Positions 24,350-37,582 are shown, counted from the stretch's first letter. The stretch: 64,000 nucleotides of DNA from Octopus bimaculoides (GCF_001194135.2 NC_068982.1:36472597-36536596); one strand, 5' to 3'. Translations and numbers: made by a program. The notes: generated by a model from the sequence alone, not told the origin.

Positions 24350-24640
24350 TGATGATGATGATGATGATGATGATGATGGTCATTATACTTTTAATGTCCA
24401 CTTTTGCATGCTTGCATGGGTCAGATGGAGTTCATTTAAGGCAGATTTTTTGCAGCAGGATGCTCTTCCTGTTATTAACCCTTGCCTGTTTTCAAGCAAA
24501 ATAATATTTCTCTAAGATCAGACATGATTTAGCAACATGTTGGAAACAAATGACACCTCTTGTATAACAGTGGCACTCATGTACAACAGTCATGTGGTAT
24601 CAAGATAAGGAGATGAATACACAAACTCATACACACAACG
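24350..24640 (+). mobile_element. RTE-tail-related non-autonomous repeat with (GAT)n
   Basis: tttaatgtccacttttgcatgcttgcatggg... is the same terminus as at 13445-13625, 21440-21585, 29850-29990, 30935-31060, 35400-35790, 36700-36900 and 52465-52910. Confidence 0.7.
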
Positions 24641-24760
24641 TGAAGGAAAAATAGAGTTGTAAATAATTCATAACTCTATCTTTCCTTCACATCGTCCTGT
24701 AATCCTCACAGGCCTTCCATTCATAGTCTACTTCAATTTCTCTTCAAAGATGGAGCTAGT

Positions 24761-24968
24761 AACAATTATTATCTTTTCCTAAGGATATTCCTTGATCCTT
24801 CAACAAGAGAACTGCAAACTGCTATTATCTTTTACTTGGGATTTCCTTAATTCTTTGATCATGGAACTGCTAGCCACTATTATATTTCACTAAAGATGTT
24901 TCTTAATTCTTTGATGAACTGGTAACTACCAATATCCTTTATTAAGGATATTCTTTAATTATTTCTCT
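24761..24968. repeat. ~53-bp degenerate minisatellite, 4 copies
   Basis: Consensus-like ggaactgctagccactattatctttcactaaggatattccttaattctttgat repeated four times. Confidence 0.7.
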
Positions 24969-25116
24969 GTGAAGACAGTACAGTTTGCATATGTGAAAAT
25001 CTTTGCTCAATGATATATGCTCTACATGCTCAGCTATTTTTTATAACTACTCTGCAATTAAGCTTGAATCATAAATTACATGCTCTAAAGTGATACCACA
25101 TTTTTTGCTCTCTTTC

Positions 25117-25176
<60 letters not shown>

Positions 25177-25181
25177 GTATA

Positions 25182-26462
25182 CAGGGGTTGGACAAAATAA
25201 TGGAAACACCTTAAAATTTCAAACAAATTAATTTTAATATGGGGTAGGACCACCTTTGGCATTAATTACAGCTTGAATTCTATGAGGTATGGATTTGTAC
25301 AACGTTTGAATTATTTCCAAAGGAATTTTTGTTCATTCTTCAGCTAAAACAGTCTCCAGTTCTCATAGTGATGATGGTGGAGGATATTGATTACTTACTT
25401 GTTTTTCTAAAATGCACCATAAATGTTCAATGATATTGAGATCTGGGAATTGTGGTGGCCAGATAAGATCTTCAACTTCATTAGAATGTTCCTCTTACCA
25501 TTCAGTAACAACTTTAGCTGTGTGAATTGGTGCATTATCATCCTGAAAAATTGCATTTTCCCTCGGAAACAGCTCCACAATCATAGGATGAATTTGATCA
25601 GGTAAAATGTTTAAATAGTCTTGACTATTAATTCTGCCATCATTGGGCTGGCAGATTTCCAAGATATAGCCCCACCATCACAGATGGGGTGGGGTGCTAT
25701 ATCATCACAAATCCTCCTCCATGTTTAACAGTTGGAAGAAGGCAGTCTGAGTCAAATGCTTCTTTTGGCTGTCTCCACACATACACTCAGCTGATGGTTG
25801 AAAATGAGGTAAAGGATGACTCGTCCAAGAAAATAACATTCTTCCACTGCTCTAGGGACTAATTCTGTAGGTTTTTACTCTACTCTAAACGCTTTGCAGC
25901 ATTTGTTTTTCAAAGTAGTGGTTTTCTGATTGCAGCCCTCCCATGAAATCTGGCTTTGTGCAGCTCCTGGTGAACAGTTTTTGTGTAAACTGGGTTCTCA
26001 AGGTAGCCATTAAGCTCTGCAGTAATTTTGGGAGCTGTACTTTTGTGATGCTTTCTAACAATTTGCACAAGAGTCCGATGGTCCCAATCTGAAAGTTTTG
26101 GTTTTCTTCTGGAGTTTTGTTTCGATGAGGAGCTTTTTCCCTCTTTCTCAAAGGCTGTCATTACTTTCAAGACAGTACTTCTTGATACACCAAACATTTT
26201 GGCTGTTTTCATTACCCTAGTACCTGCCATACGAGCATCAACAATTTGACCTCTTTGAAAGTCCAATAAATCTGTCATTTTAATGAATTTTAATTACATT
26301 TTTGTGATATCTGAAAAGAAACAACAATTTTAGCAAAACATATTAAGTAACACTAATAAATCAAAAAAACATAAAAATAAATAAGCTTTTGACGGTTTTA
26401 TAGATATTTCAAAATTATGATGCTATGATGCTAGGTATTTCCATTATTTTGTCCAACCCCTG
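25182..26462 (-). mobile_element. Full-length Tc1-like DNA transposon (1281 bp)
   Basis: 30-bp TIRs CAGGGGTTGGACAAAATAATGGAAA(C/T)ACCT with one mismatch, flanked by TA on both sides. Confidence 0.97.
25234..26278 (-). pseudogene. Tc1 transposase pseudogene
   Basis: MTDLLDFQRGQIV... HTH region; IFLDES, FQDDNAP, WPPQFPDLNIIEHLW, ends GGPTPY*; multiple internal stops. Confidence 0.93.
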
Positions 26463-27107
26463 TATATATATGCATGCATGTATGTATGATAGACTCTTCT
26501 GTGAAAGATGGCACATGAGCATTCAGCTTTTTGCTGAATGACCTGCACCAATGATTTGTTTATAGGGATTAAATATTCATGCCACACATTAGCTCAATCT
26601 CTCCATCAAATCAATGTTGTCTGAACTGGTGCAAGGAGTACCACATATCAGGTTTCAAAGTAATCACAGAGCAACATGAAATGAAACACTTTGCTTAAGA
26701 ATACAACGCACCAACTGTGTGTAGGAATTGAAATTGTGATCCAGTGATCACCCTAACCATTATATATATATTTTTTTCTTTATTTGTGAATTAAGTCTAC
26801 TATTGGTTTCATGTTAAGAAAAGTAGGAAAATATCCTAGTGTCATGACAATTTTTCAAGCTGATCACAGGGAGAAAAATGTTCACCTCCATTTTGGAAAA
26901 TAATCTCACTACATTCATGGGATTTCTCATGAATTCACGTAAATAAAACAAGGAACCAATGAATCAAGGGACGTTACTCTTGAGTGCAATATTTGGGATG
27001 ATTGTTTCACTTGGATTTGTCTTTTGGGTAAATTTTTTTTTTGGTTAATTTGTTTGCATTATTTTGTATTATTTGTTTTTGCTCTGGGCATGGTGTTCAT
27101 ATATATA

Positions 27108-27443
27108 TAGTGGAGGCGCAATGGCCCAATGATTAGGGCAGTGGACTCATGGTCATAGGATCGTGGTTTCAATTCCCAGACCAGACATTGTGAGTGTTTA
27201 TTGAGCAAAAACACTTAAAGCTCCATGAGGCTCTGGCAGGTGGGTGGTGAACTCTGGTGTATTCTTTCACCACAACTTCTCTCACTCTTTCTTCCTGTTT
27301 CTGTTAAACCTGTATTTCAAAGGGCCAGCCTTGTCACACTCTGTGTCATGCTGAATCTCCCTGAGAACTACGTTAAAGGTACATGTGTCTGTGGAGTTCT
27401 CAGCCACATGCACATTAATTTCATGAGCAGGCTGTTCTGTTGC

Positions 27444-27445
<2 letters not shown>
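27108..27445 (+). mobile_element. tRNA-derived SINE family 3
   Basis: ggaggcgcaatggcccaatgattagggcag A-box-like and ggtttcaattccc B-box-like head, followed by about 250 nt of non-tRNA body. Related fragments at 11590-11830, 26470-26760 and 38575-38940. Confidence 0.75.
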
Positions 27446-27517
<72 letters not shown>

Positions 27518-29178
27518 TGTATATATGTATGTATGTATACACCCACACCCACACACACATACTCACAATAGGTTTCTTGATGTTTCTGTCTACCATATCT
27601 ATTCACAAGGCTTTGTAATCTACTGATTACAGTAGAACACACTTACCATGTGATTGGTAAGCAAACTTCTCAATCAGGCAGCCATCCCTGCACCTATTAC
27701 TTGATGTTACGCACAGTTGCAAAAGAATTCTTGACATTACCTGTCAAATGACATGTGACAGATGTGCAGTGCTGAAAATATGTGCCTTAATTTTCTGGTA
27801 ATGAAACTGTGAAGTTTGAAAATTTTTAAGAGAGAAGGTAACAGTTGTAGTTGTAGAAATAGGAGGAGGAAAAGGAAGAGGAGGAAGGCTGAGAAGGGTA
27901 TTTATTAGTTGTAGTTGTATTGGAGGAAGTTTAGTAACAATAATAAACAGCAAGAGAATGCAATAACAGTAGTAGAAGTAAAAAGTGAGAGAGGGAGGAA
28001 GAGTAATTACATAGATAGTGAGAACAAGTAACCAATTATGAGTATTATTAGTATAAGATTACATTAAATTGATTATCTAAAAATACTCAGAATGAAAAAA
28101 TGCAAACAGAAAATTTTATAAAAGTACCAAAAAATATTTTGTTGCGGTTTTCCAAAATTAGATTTTATTCTCATTAAAATTGTTTTAAATATATCCCTTG
28201 AGTTTGACAATGTTTTCATGTCTGAATTTTCATGGGAAAACTTAATGACATAACACAAAATTTGAAATAGCTCACATTTATTCAAGGGAATTTTTTCATC
28301 TAATCATGTGAAGATGTAGTAACATTTCTAAACACTTAATATAATTGACTATTTCCTTTCCAACTCTTTTCCTGAATTTTCTTCACATATTAATTTCATT
28401 TCTGTAATAAAATGTGTTGTTAAAAAGGAAGGAAAGAAAGGAAGAAAGAAACATGAAGTAATATCTTGAAAATCCTCAAGATTAGTAATGGAATAATGCA
28501 GCAGTATTATGTGTGTTGATTAGCATTTAATTTTATAATGTTTTCTTGAGTAGGCTGGAAACTTTCGCAAATGGTTAAGAGTCTTGCATATAAACACAAA
28601 ATAGAAAAGTGTGTACTTTTAGTTGGAGAGTTGAATCCTTATTACATTGTCCTTCTCACTAATATCACTAATGTCAACAACATTTTCCAAGAAAAGCACA
28701 ATGTCATGAATTTTTGAAGAGGATTTAATTCATTAAACTAAAATTTGGAGGATGGAGAACATAATTGGCTCCAACAAAAGTAAAGGAATGAGAAAATACT
28801 ACGAATATTTATATCCAGAACTTTATAGTTTCTTACTTCTTTATTGCCCACAAGGGGTTAAACATAGAGGGGACAAACAAAGACAGACAAAGAGATTAAG
28901 TCGATTGCATCGACCCCAGTCCATAACTGGTACTTAATTTATCGACATTGATTTGCCCTGGGGCCTATAATGCTTCTAAGATGGTCCTGAACTTGTGTAT
29001 GCATATTTGTATTTCTTTGTCTTGTCATAGCACAATAGTTGTAAATGATTTACAACTGGACTTCCAGCCCACAAAGAGGGCAGCATATCTACAAATCTTA
29101 CATAACTCTGAACATGACTACTCATCAGAAGCAATAGCATGAAAAGTCGATGAAAAATGATGATTATATATTTATTTT

Positions 29179-29840
29179 TGAACTTTAGGTTAGTTAAAAT
29201 ATGTTTGTGACATATTTTAACTTTTACAGGCAAATTCACTGCAGTTACCATGGAGAAAAATTTTCTCTTATGGTAAAAGGTGTAAAAACACCATATCTGC
29301 TCAATGCTTCAGTTTAGCAGATTTCTAGATGTACATTTCTGTCTCTTTAGCCTTCCGCAATGGGAAATACTGAATAGAGATAACTGCAGTGAATTTGCTT
29401 TTAGAAGTTAAAATATGTCACAAACATATTTTAACTAATCTAAAGTTTGTTTATTCCTAATCACTGCTTGGCACTGATGCTGCTATTTTTATTCTGATCT
29501 GATGGTCCACTAGTACACATCAGCCATTGATGTTTACAGCATTTTACTTAAAGCTATGGCTTTGAATCTGACCAAGGTAATCTCTCTTCAGTATTTTCCA
29601 TTGAGGAAGGTTAAAGAGCCAGAAATGCACCTCTGGGTATCTGCACGATTCCTAGAGCTGCATTGAGAAGATATGGTATTTTTACTCCTTTTACCATCAT
29701 AAGAGAGAACTAATTCTCCACAGTAACTGCAGTGAATTTGCTTGCCTTTAGAAGTTAAAATATGTCACAAACATATTTTAGCTAACATAAAGTTCATTTA
29801 TTCCTAATCACAGCTTGGTTCTGATACTGCTATATTTATT
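29179..29840. repeat. Foldback structure with ~200-bp inverted arms plus an internal direct duplication
   Basis: 29179-29380 is the reverse complement of ~29581-29796; 29381-29493 directly repeats 29724-29840. Confidence 0.85.
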
Positions 29841-31241
29841 CTTACATATATCATCATCATCATCATAATCTTTTCCATGCTTGCATGGCTGAGACAGAAT
29901 TTGCTGAGGTAGATTTTTCTATGGGTGGATGCCCTTCCTATCCTCAACTATTGCTTGTTTCCAAGCAAAGTAACATTTCATCGCAAAAGACAGAAAAACA
30001 AATAATGTTACCTGTTTGATGTTACCTGTTTCAGAATATGCTTTCCAAATCCTCTCACAAGACTTTGGCAAATCTGGGGTTATAGTAGAAGACACTTATC
30101 CAAGGTACCATGCAGTGGGACTGAACCCGAAACCACATGGCTGGAAAGCAAGCTTTTTAACTAGACAGTAAGACATCACAAATATAATTATGCCTGCTTC
30201 TACACACACACACACACATCTAAATATATATATATATACATGTATATACATACATGAATATATATACATATATATGTGTGTAGAGAAATATGCATTTACA
30301 TATTGGATTTAAGAGGTACTTGTTTGTAGGTTACACATGGCATCTAGACAAGACAGTTTTGATATCCCTCATCTTGTTAAACTGAAATAATCAATATTTT
30401 TTTAATAGAGATAGGACAACACAGAGACCATTGCCAAGATTGGTTTTTTTGCTTGTATCAGAATAAATTTTATAATATATTTTGGTTTAAAAATTAACTT
30501 TTCATTTTTCTTGGAGAGAGAAATATGATATGTAAGAGTCATTTCATTAAAAATATATTTATCTAAATTAAAAATATCAGTTGTAGACAGTGGTTCAGAT
30601 TCTATTCTACTTGATGATAAAAGTGAAGAAACTAACACAATTATCAAACCAATAAAATGATTTACATTTAAATTACTTTAAAATCATAGCAGTAATAATG
30701 GTGAAGACATCAGTGTTAATAATAATAACAATAATAATAACAATAATAATAATAATAATAATAATAATGATAATGGTTTCAAATTTTGTCACAAGGCTAG
30801 CAATTTCAGAGGAAGGGGTATAGTAAAGACACTTGCCCAAGGTGCCATGTAGTGGGTCTGAATCTGGAACCATGTGGTTGGGAAACAAGCTTCTTATAAC
30901 ACTGTCATGCCTGTACCTATAAATATATATAATCATCATTGTTTAACATCTGTTCTCCATGCTGGTATAGGTTGAACTGTTTGGCAAGAGTTGGCAAGCT
31001 AGAGACCTGTACCAAGGTCTTTTGCCTGTTTTGGTATAGTTTTTACAGCTGGATATAAATCATATATATATATATATATAGCAATAAGAAAATGGAGGGG
31101 AATATGTGGTACTCATCAATTTGCAGACACTGTACTATGTTAATTAACCTATTTATTTTTCAACCAAAAGGACAATAAAGACAATATACAAACACATATG
31201 ACACCCTATGTCATATCAGCAATTAAAAATTAAAAATTAAA

Positions 31242-31362
31242 AAGTCTTACAGCTGTTTCGGCCCCATTCTATCTATATAACTCCAGTAAGCTGGAGTAAT
31301 TGGTAGATGAAAAGGATGCAATGGAGATACATGCATGATTCTCTAGGCCTCTTCAGAGATTT
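31242..31362 (-). ncRNA. Type I hammerhead ribozyme motif with an enlarged stem II
   Basis: Minus strand: aaatct-CTGAAGA-GGCC-[~82 nt]-GGCC-GAAA-CAGCT-GTA-agactt. Core is complete, with a G10.1-C11.1 pair, palindromic stem III ACAGCTGT and a GUA cleavage triplet. Confidence 0.75.
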
Positions 31363-32044
31363 ACAAGGTTCAGTTCGTGAAGTTTACATCTATACTATTT
31401 GCATTCATTCATTTATAAATGTAGATGCATGACTTGAAATATTCATATTGTTTTTAAAAGCAAGAGTTATATAGATGTTAATAAATTCAAAGAGTTAATA
31501 AGATATTCAGATGTGGCAGATTTATGTAAGGAATCTGCCTCTCTTTGGTAATAGAACAAGAAAATAGAATCAAAATGAATGAAAATACAAATTAAATTTA
31601 CATAAAATATGTACTAAATAGTTACTCTAACCAAAGGGATCTAATAATTAATTATAAATTTAAGGATAAAAATGAGCAACAAAAGTCAGTACTAAAATTT
31701 TTCATGGTGTTCATAAAATATAAGGTATCTAAATAATTGCAAGTAATGTGGATTCTGCTTGCTGTACAGTATTTAAGCCACACCTTTTAGTTTTAGCTTA
31801 ACCCACTTTCCTGATTTATTAATACATATCTGGGTTGATAAGACTGGTATTTGTCAGATACAAAAATTTATTTATGAATGACTGTACTTGAAGAACATTT
31901 ATATTTCAGAATACAAACGAATTTATCTGACCACTTTTTCAATTTTTTTTTTGTGACAACATAAATTTGTAAACAAATTTTTATTTACTCACAATTCATA
32001 TTGTTCAGCAGGAATGCCTGCCTAACAGGAATCAAAGGAAGTCT

Positions 32045-32314
32045 TTATTCTTTTATTCTTTTACTCGTTTCAGTCATTTGGAGCACAACTTTGAAGGATT
32101 TTAGTCGAACAAATTGACCCCAAGACATATTTTTTTAAGCTCAGTACTTATTTTATCATTTTTTTTTTGTTGAATTGGTAAGTTATGGGGACATAAATGC
32201 AACAACACCGGTTGTCAAGTGGTAATGGGGGACAAACACAGACACAAAGACACACACACATAGATACATATGATATGGTGGCATGGGGGTACAAACACAG
32301 ACACAAAAACACAC

Positions 32315-32389
<75 letters not shown>

Positions 32390-32575
32390 CATCTATACAT
32401 ATATAAATATGACAGGCTTCTTTCAGTTCCCATCAGCTAAATCCACTCACAAGGCTTTGGTTGGCCTGAGGCTATAATAGAAGACACTTGCCCAAGGTGC
32501 CATGCAGTGGACCTGAACCCAGAATCATGCGGTTGGGAAGCAAGCTTCTTACCAAACAGCTACACTGGCACCTAT
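32045..32575 (-). mobile_element. SINE family 2 copy with internal (TA)n
   Basis: Full head-to-tail match to the copy at 15-386. Confidence 0.85.
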
Positions 32576-33030
32576 GGAAAATAGAAATTATTATTTGCTT
32601 GGTTCAGTAGTAACATCATTTACCTTTCTATTTCTGTGTAAATGAAAAATACCAGAATGAAATTGAAAGACTCCCCTCCTTACCATCAATTCATCTGAAA
32701 TGATAAGGAACATCATTTTAAAAATTAAGTATTACAAAGTTACTCTTTCAAACATCTGGTATGAATCTTTCAGAGCTCGATTGCATAATCTAGATAGTCA
32801 TTTCACACCTGTCTTCCCTACAACTTTTAACATTTCTCTAACAGCTCTTGTCAGCACTCCTACTCTTTAATTATAACATTAACTACTTGATCTCATCTCC
32901 ATCAATCTTTCTACACAGATCTTTTCTCATCATCTTCATTTAATCTCTTTCCGCTATTTTCATTCATCGACTTTCTTCCATAATCTTCTCATATATTAAT
33001 ATACACACACACACACATGCACACACCCAG

Positions 33031-33080
<50 letters not shown>

Positions 33081-33095
33081 NNNNNNNNNNNNNNN

Positions 33096-33143
<48 letters not shown>

Positions 33144-33980
33144 ATCACTCTGCGCCTATTATAGTTTCCTCTTAATCATTCTTCCGATATTTTATATTGT
33201 CCATACCATTGATTTGTTTTGCAGCTTGCTTTTTCTCTGTGAAACAAATTTTTCCCTTCACAATCAATCTGATTATCAGTCATCTTATTAATCTGCTGTA
33301 TAGTCATTGTCAACATTTTTTTTTTTTGCTCAATTTATATCAACTAATTTCTTTTCATTTTACATTTCACTCCAAGCATCTTTTCTTGCTTCACTAGCAA
33401 TTTTGTCTTGTTATACTGAGATGGGCCTTTTAACCTACCATACAAATTTAATTGCCACAAGCACTAGCTAGCATTCCAGCTTTCAATTTAGAGCATGTAG
33501 TCACATTCCCATTTTCCTCTAATTTCAAATGTGATACACTATTTTATGTTTCTGATGTCCAATCCTTTATCTTTCTTTCTCTTCTTCTCTCTTTTCTTCT
33601 CACTTTTCATTTTTATCATGCTCTACTAAACTCTACTATTTTACAATTACTGTTATCAAATAGTATCTATCCTTACTGTAATCTCTCCCACCCTTGATTC
33701 AGTCTGATTGTATATATCACACTATCTTAACCTATTCTCTTTTTGGCATTTATAGGTTGTAAAATGTTTTACATCTCTGCTTTTATCTATTCTGTATCTT
33801 CTATACTGAAGTCACCATCCAAAACTAATATTAAGCCAGTTTTAGCAAATACTCAAAACCATTGAAATTAGCTTCACCACCTTTCATCCTTCCTATCATC
33901 AACATAGTTATCCTTTTTATATACTGTCTTTATCCTCATGGCTTGCTTTACTCATTCAAACCACTATTTAACCATTTCAC

Positions 33981-34034
33981 TTCGTCTCTGATGAAGGGAT
34001 ATTCCTAATATCCCAGAAACAGTTGTAAGACTAA
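33981..34034 (+). ncRNA. Minimal type I hammerhead ribozyme motif (Penelope pLTR-like)
   Basis: ttcgtct-CTGATGA-a-GGGATATT-cct-AATATCCC-a-GAAA-CAGTT-GTA-agactaa: 8-bp stem II, stem I of 6 pairs plus one mismatch, and an A.A mismatch at 10.1/11.1. Confidence 0.75.
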
Positions 34035-34485
34035 CTTTTTCTTTATAAATGTCCTAAAAAATCTACAGTCTTGGTTTTGTTGTTTCCTTTTATTTAACAC
34101 ACACACATATTTAAAAAAAGAAAAAGATTGACTTCACCAGTAGTTCTAATCAGTTCAATTTATTATTTAAAATTTTTTTAATAATATGAATTTTACACTT
34201 TAGTTCATAGATCTAGTAAGTTCTTTGTTAACTAAAGTGGGGAGATTAAAAAAAAAAATTCTTTGTTAACCTTTCTGGAGAACTTTCTTGCATTCGTTGT
34301 CAAACAGATCTGAGGGTTTGGGGCCTTTGGTGAGAAATATAATGGCCAGATGATACCAATTTCTTTTGGCTCCAGGAAGAATCAATGACAAAGTTGACCT
34401 CATGGGATTTGGACTTGGAATGTAAAGCACCCTAAGTATGTACTGCAAAGTCTTTTGTCCAGTATGAGAGTGTATGTATGTATGC

Positions 34486-34533
<48 letters not shown>

Positions 34534-35401
34534 TTCTTTCTCTCTCTCTCTCTCTCATGTATTCTTTTACTTGTTTCAGTCATTTGACTAGGGCCATGCT
34601 GGAGCACTGCCTTTAGTCAAACAAATCACTCCCAGGATTTATTCTTTGTAAGCCGAGTACTTATTCTATCGGTTTCTTTTTGCTGAACCACTAAGTGCCG
34701 GGAACATAAAGAAACCAATATCCGTTGTCAAGTGATGGCAGGGCAACAAACACAGGCACAAATAACAAATACATACATACATACATAACATACATACATA
34801 ACATACATACATACATACGATCCTGTACACATTCATTCTTAATATGCTTCCCACGATTTGACTATGCATATGTTAATCATTGTTGTATTTTACTTTCAGA
34901 GAAGACCTCCTTTCTGATGCTGTGTGTTGTTAGCACAATTACTTCTTTGATTCATTGATATAGGAGGACTTTAAGATACTTATGTCTCAACCTGATTGTG
35001 TCTCTTCAGTCAAAGCTACATCCCAGATCACTGTATCTAACAAGAATAGCGATTGTTGTTTATAGAATTCAGCAAGCAAATTATTCGGTAATCCATGCTG
35101 ATGTCTGCTAAATTAATAATAAATTATAATCTATCATGATAATTATCATGAACACACATAAAACAACAAGCAGCAAAAGGATGATGTACAACATCCTCCA
35201 AGGCTATTGAAAATGACATTTGCCCAAGATGTTACACAGTGAGACTTCATGGTAGTGAAATGAACTTCTTAATCATCTGACACACACACACACACACACT
35301 CTCTCTCTCTCTCTAACACACACACATACTCTTTCCTTCCCTCTCACTCCCTCTCTCGCTCTCTCTTTCCTACACATAAATGCACACACACTCACATGCA
35401 T

Positions 35402-35452
<51 letters not shown>

Positions 35453-35585
35453 TTCATCATCATCATCATTAGACAGTTTGACAGGAGCTGGAGAACCGGA
35501 GAGCTGTCCAGGCTCTAATTGTCTGTTTTAGCATGGTTTCTATGACCAGATGCCCTTCCTAATGCCAACCACTTTACAGTGTGCT

Positions 35586-35790
35586 GGGTGCTTTTTATGT
35601 ACTACCAGCATGGGTGCTCTTTCATGACACTAGTACAAGTACTTTTTACTAGGGGACTGGCACAAGTGCTTTTCATGTGGCATCAGCACGAGTAATGTGG
35701 CACTGGCACGAAGTTCTTTTACGTGGCACTGGCACAAGTGCATTTTATATAGCACCGGCATGAGTGCGTATCACATGGTATGGGCACCTG
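35586..35790. repeat. ~25-bp tandem repeats inside an RTE-tail repeat
   Basis: About 8 variants of gtgcttttacgtggcactggcacaa. Confidence 0.75.
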
Positions 35791-36239
35791 CATGTCAAAG
35801 ACCTCTCAGCCTAATAATCATTATGAAATTGAGAAACAGTTGTTAACACACATTGCAACTGCTACTGCTGCAGCTAGAAACAAAATTATTTTCTTTACAT
35901 TTAGAAACTTGGATATTGATTCATGACAATCGATTCCATAGAGTTTGCAGATATATAACAAAAATGAGTGATGTAATATCAATTAGAAATCCAATAAGAA
36001 ACTGTAAACACTGCCTAGACAAATATTACACATATTTCTCCTCCTACAATCATTTTAAACAAAAAAAATATTTGAACTTGTTTCATTCTGATACTCTATT
36101 AAAAAATTCTTTATAAAGAATTTCAAGAATGATGTAAATGACTACTTCCCAATTTCAATGCTACCATTTCTACTGCATGCATACATTAAGCTCCCATGTT
36201 TTTCTACAAGAACACACACACAAACTGAAAAAAAAACAA

Positions 36240-36246
36240 TCTATCA

Positions 36247-36300
<54 letters not shown>

Positions 36301-36390
36301 ATATATATATATATATATATCTAGCTGTTTTTCTGTTTGTCTGTTTGTCTGTTTACCTTCCTACCTATCACTGTCTCTAATTATCTGTTG

Positions 36391-36422
<32 letters not shown>

Positions 36423-36449
36423 TTATCTATCTATTTATCTATCTATCTA

Positions 36450-36501
<52 letters not shown>

Positions 36502-36607
36502 CCTATCTATCTGTTTGTCTGTCTGTCAGTCCACCCGTCTGTCTTTCGGTCTACTTCTCTATCTATTTGCCTTCCTATCTACCACTCTATCTAATTATCT
36601 GTCTCTA

Positions 36608-36682
<75 letters not shown>
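36240..36682. repeat. Compound (TATC)n/(TGTC)n microsatellite
   Basis: Direct reading. Confidence 0.95.
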
Positions 36683-37582
36683 GTCTTCGTTTGTTTATTT
36701 TCACATCCATTCTCCATGCTAGCATGGGTTATATGAATATATTATTGAGGCATTGTTTGTAGCTAGATGCCCTCACTTGTTAACCCTTGCCTGTTTTGCA
36801 AGTTAAAAATCTCATATTTCCATATGCTTCCAAAGGTATAAAGTAGGCAATTTATTGGCTACAAAATGACAACAACAACACTGCTTGTAACTCATTCACT
36901 TTTGGAGAAGTGAAAATGTACAGACACATGCATACTTATACATATGTATGCACACATACACATACGTATCTATAGATATACATACATATATACATACATG
37001 CAGGCATGCTTCTTTCAATTTCTGTCAACCAAATCCACTCACGAAGACTTTGGTCAGCCTTGGACTACAGAATTCAGATTGAATGGGTGTTCGGTGGTAA
37101 AGGATGATTTTGGAAGAGCAAGATGGGTGGCAAGGGGACTGGGTTCAAGAAGAGGGATTATAGATTGCATAAAATGGAGGAAGGAATACGTGCAGTTCTG
37201 CTTTCATATTATTACAGCAGCTGAGCAATAATACCACAGTAAAAGGGGTGTAGCAGGGTGGGTGTTACAAGGATGAATAGCTGGGAAGGCTCAACATGTA
37301 CAGACTGGGTACAGTGGAGAGCATAGATATTGACAATATGCTTTTTGGATCTCATTTTTACTTAGATGGCCAGGTCTTCTTGAGCACAATGAATCATCAT
37401 TCATTTTGGTCCTTTGTCAACTCCTCCTTGAGGCTCAACCTGAGGTTGAACTTTACTACTTCATCTCACATTTTTCTGAGTCTCCCTCTTGCCCAATACT
37501 CCAAGTTTAACTTGAAATATATACATTTACTCATCATGGTGTAATATTAGAGAATAAAGAAGGATTGTATTGTAGAGAAGGA

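Noticed and set aside
27108-27185. tRNA-like sequence
   Set aside because: It continues into a SINE body and lacks a complete cloverleaf; it is a SINE head, not a tRNA gene.
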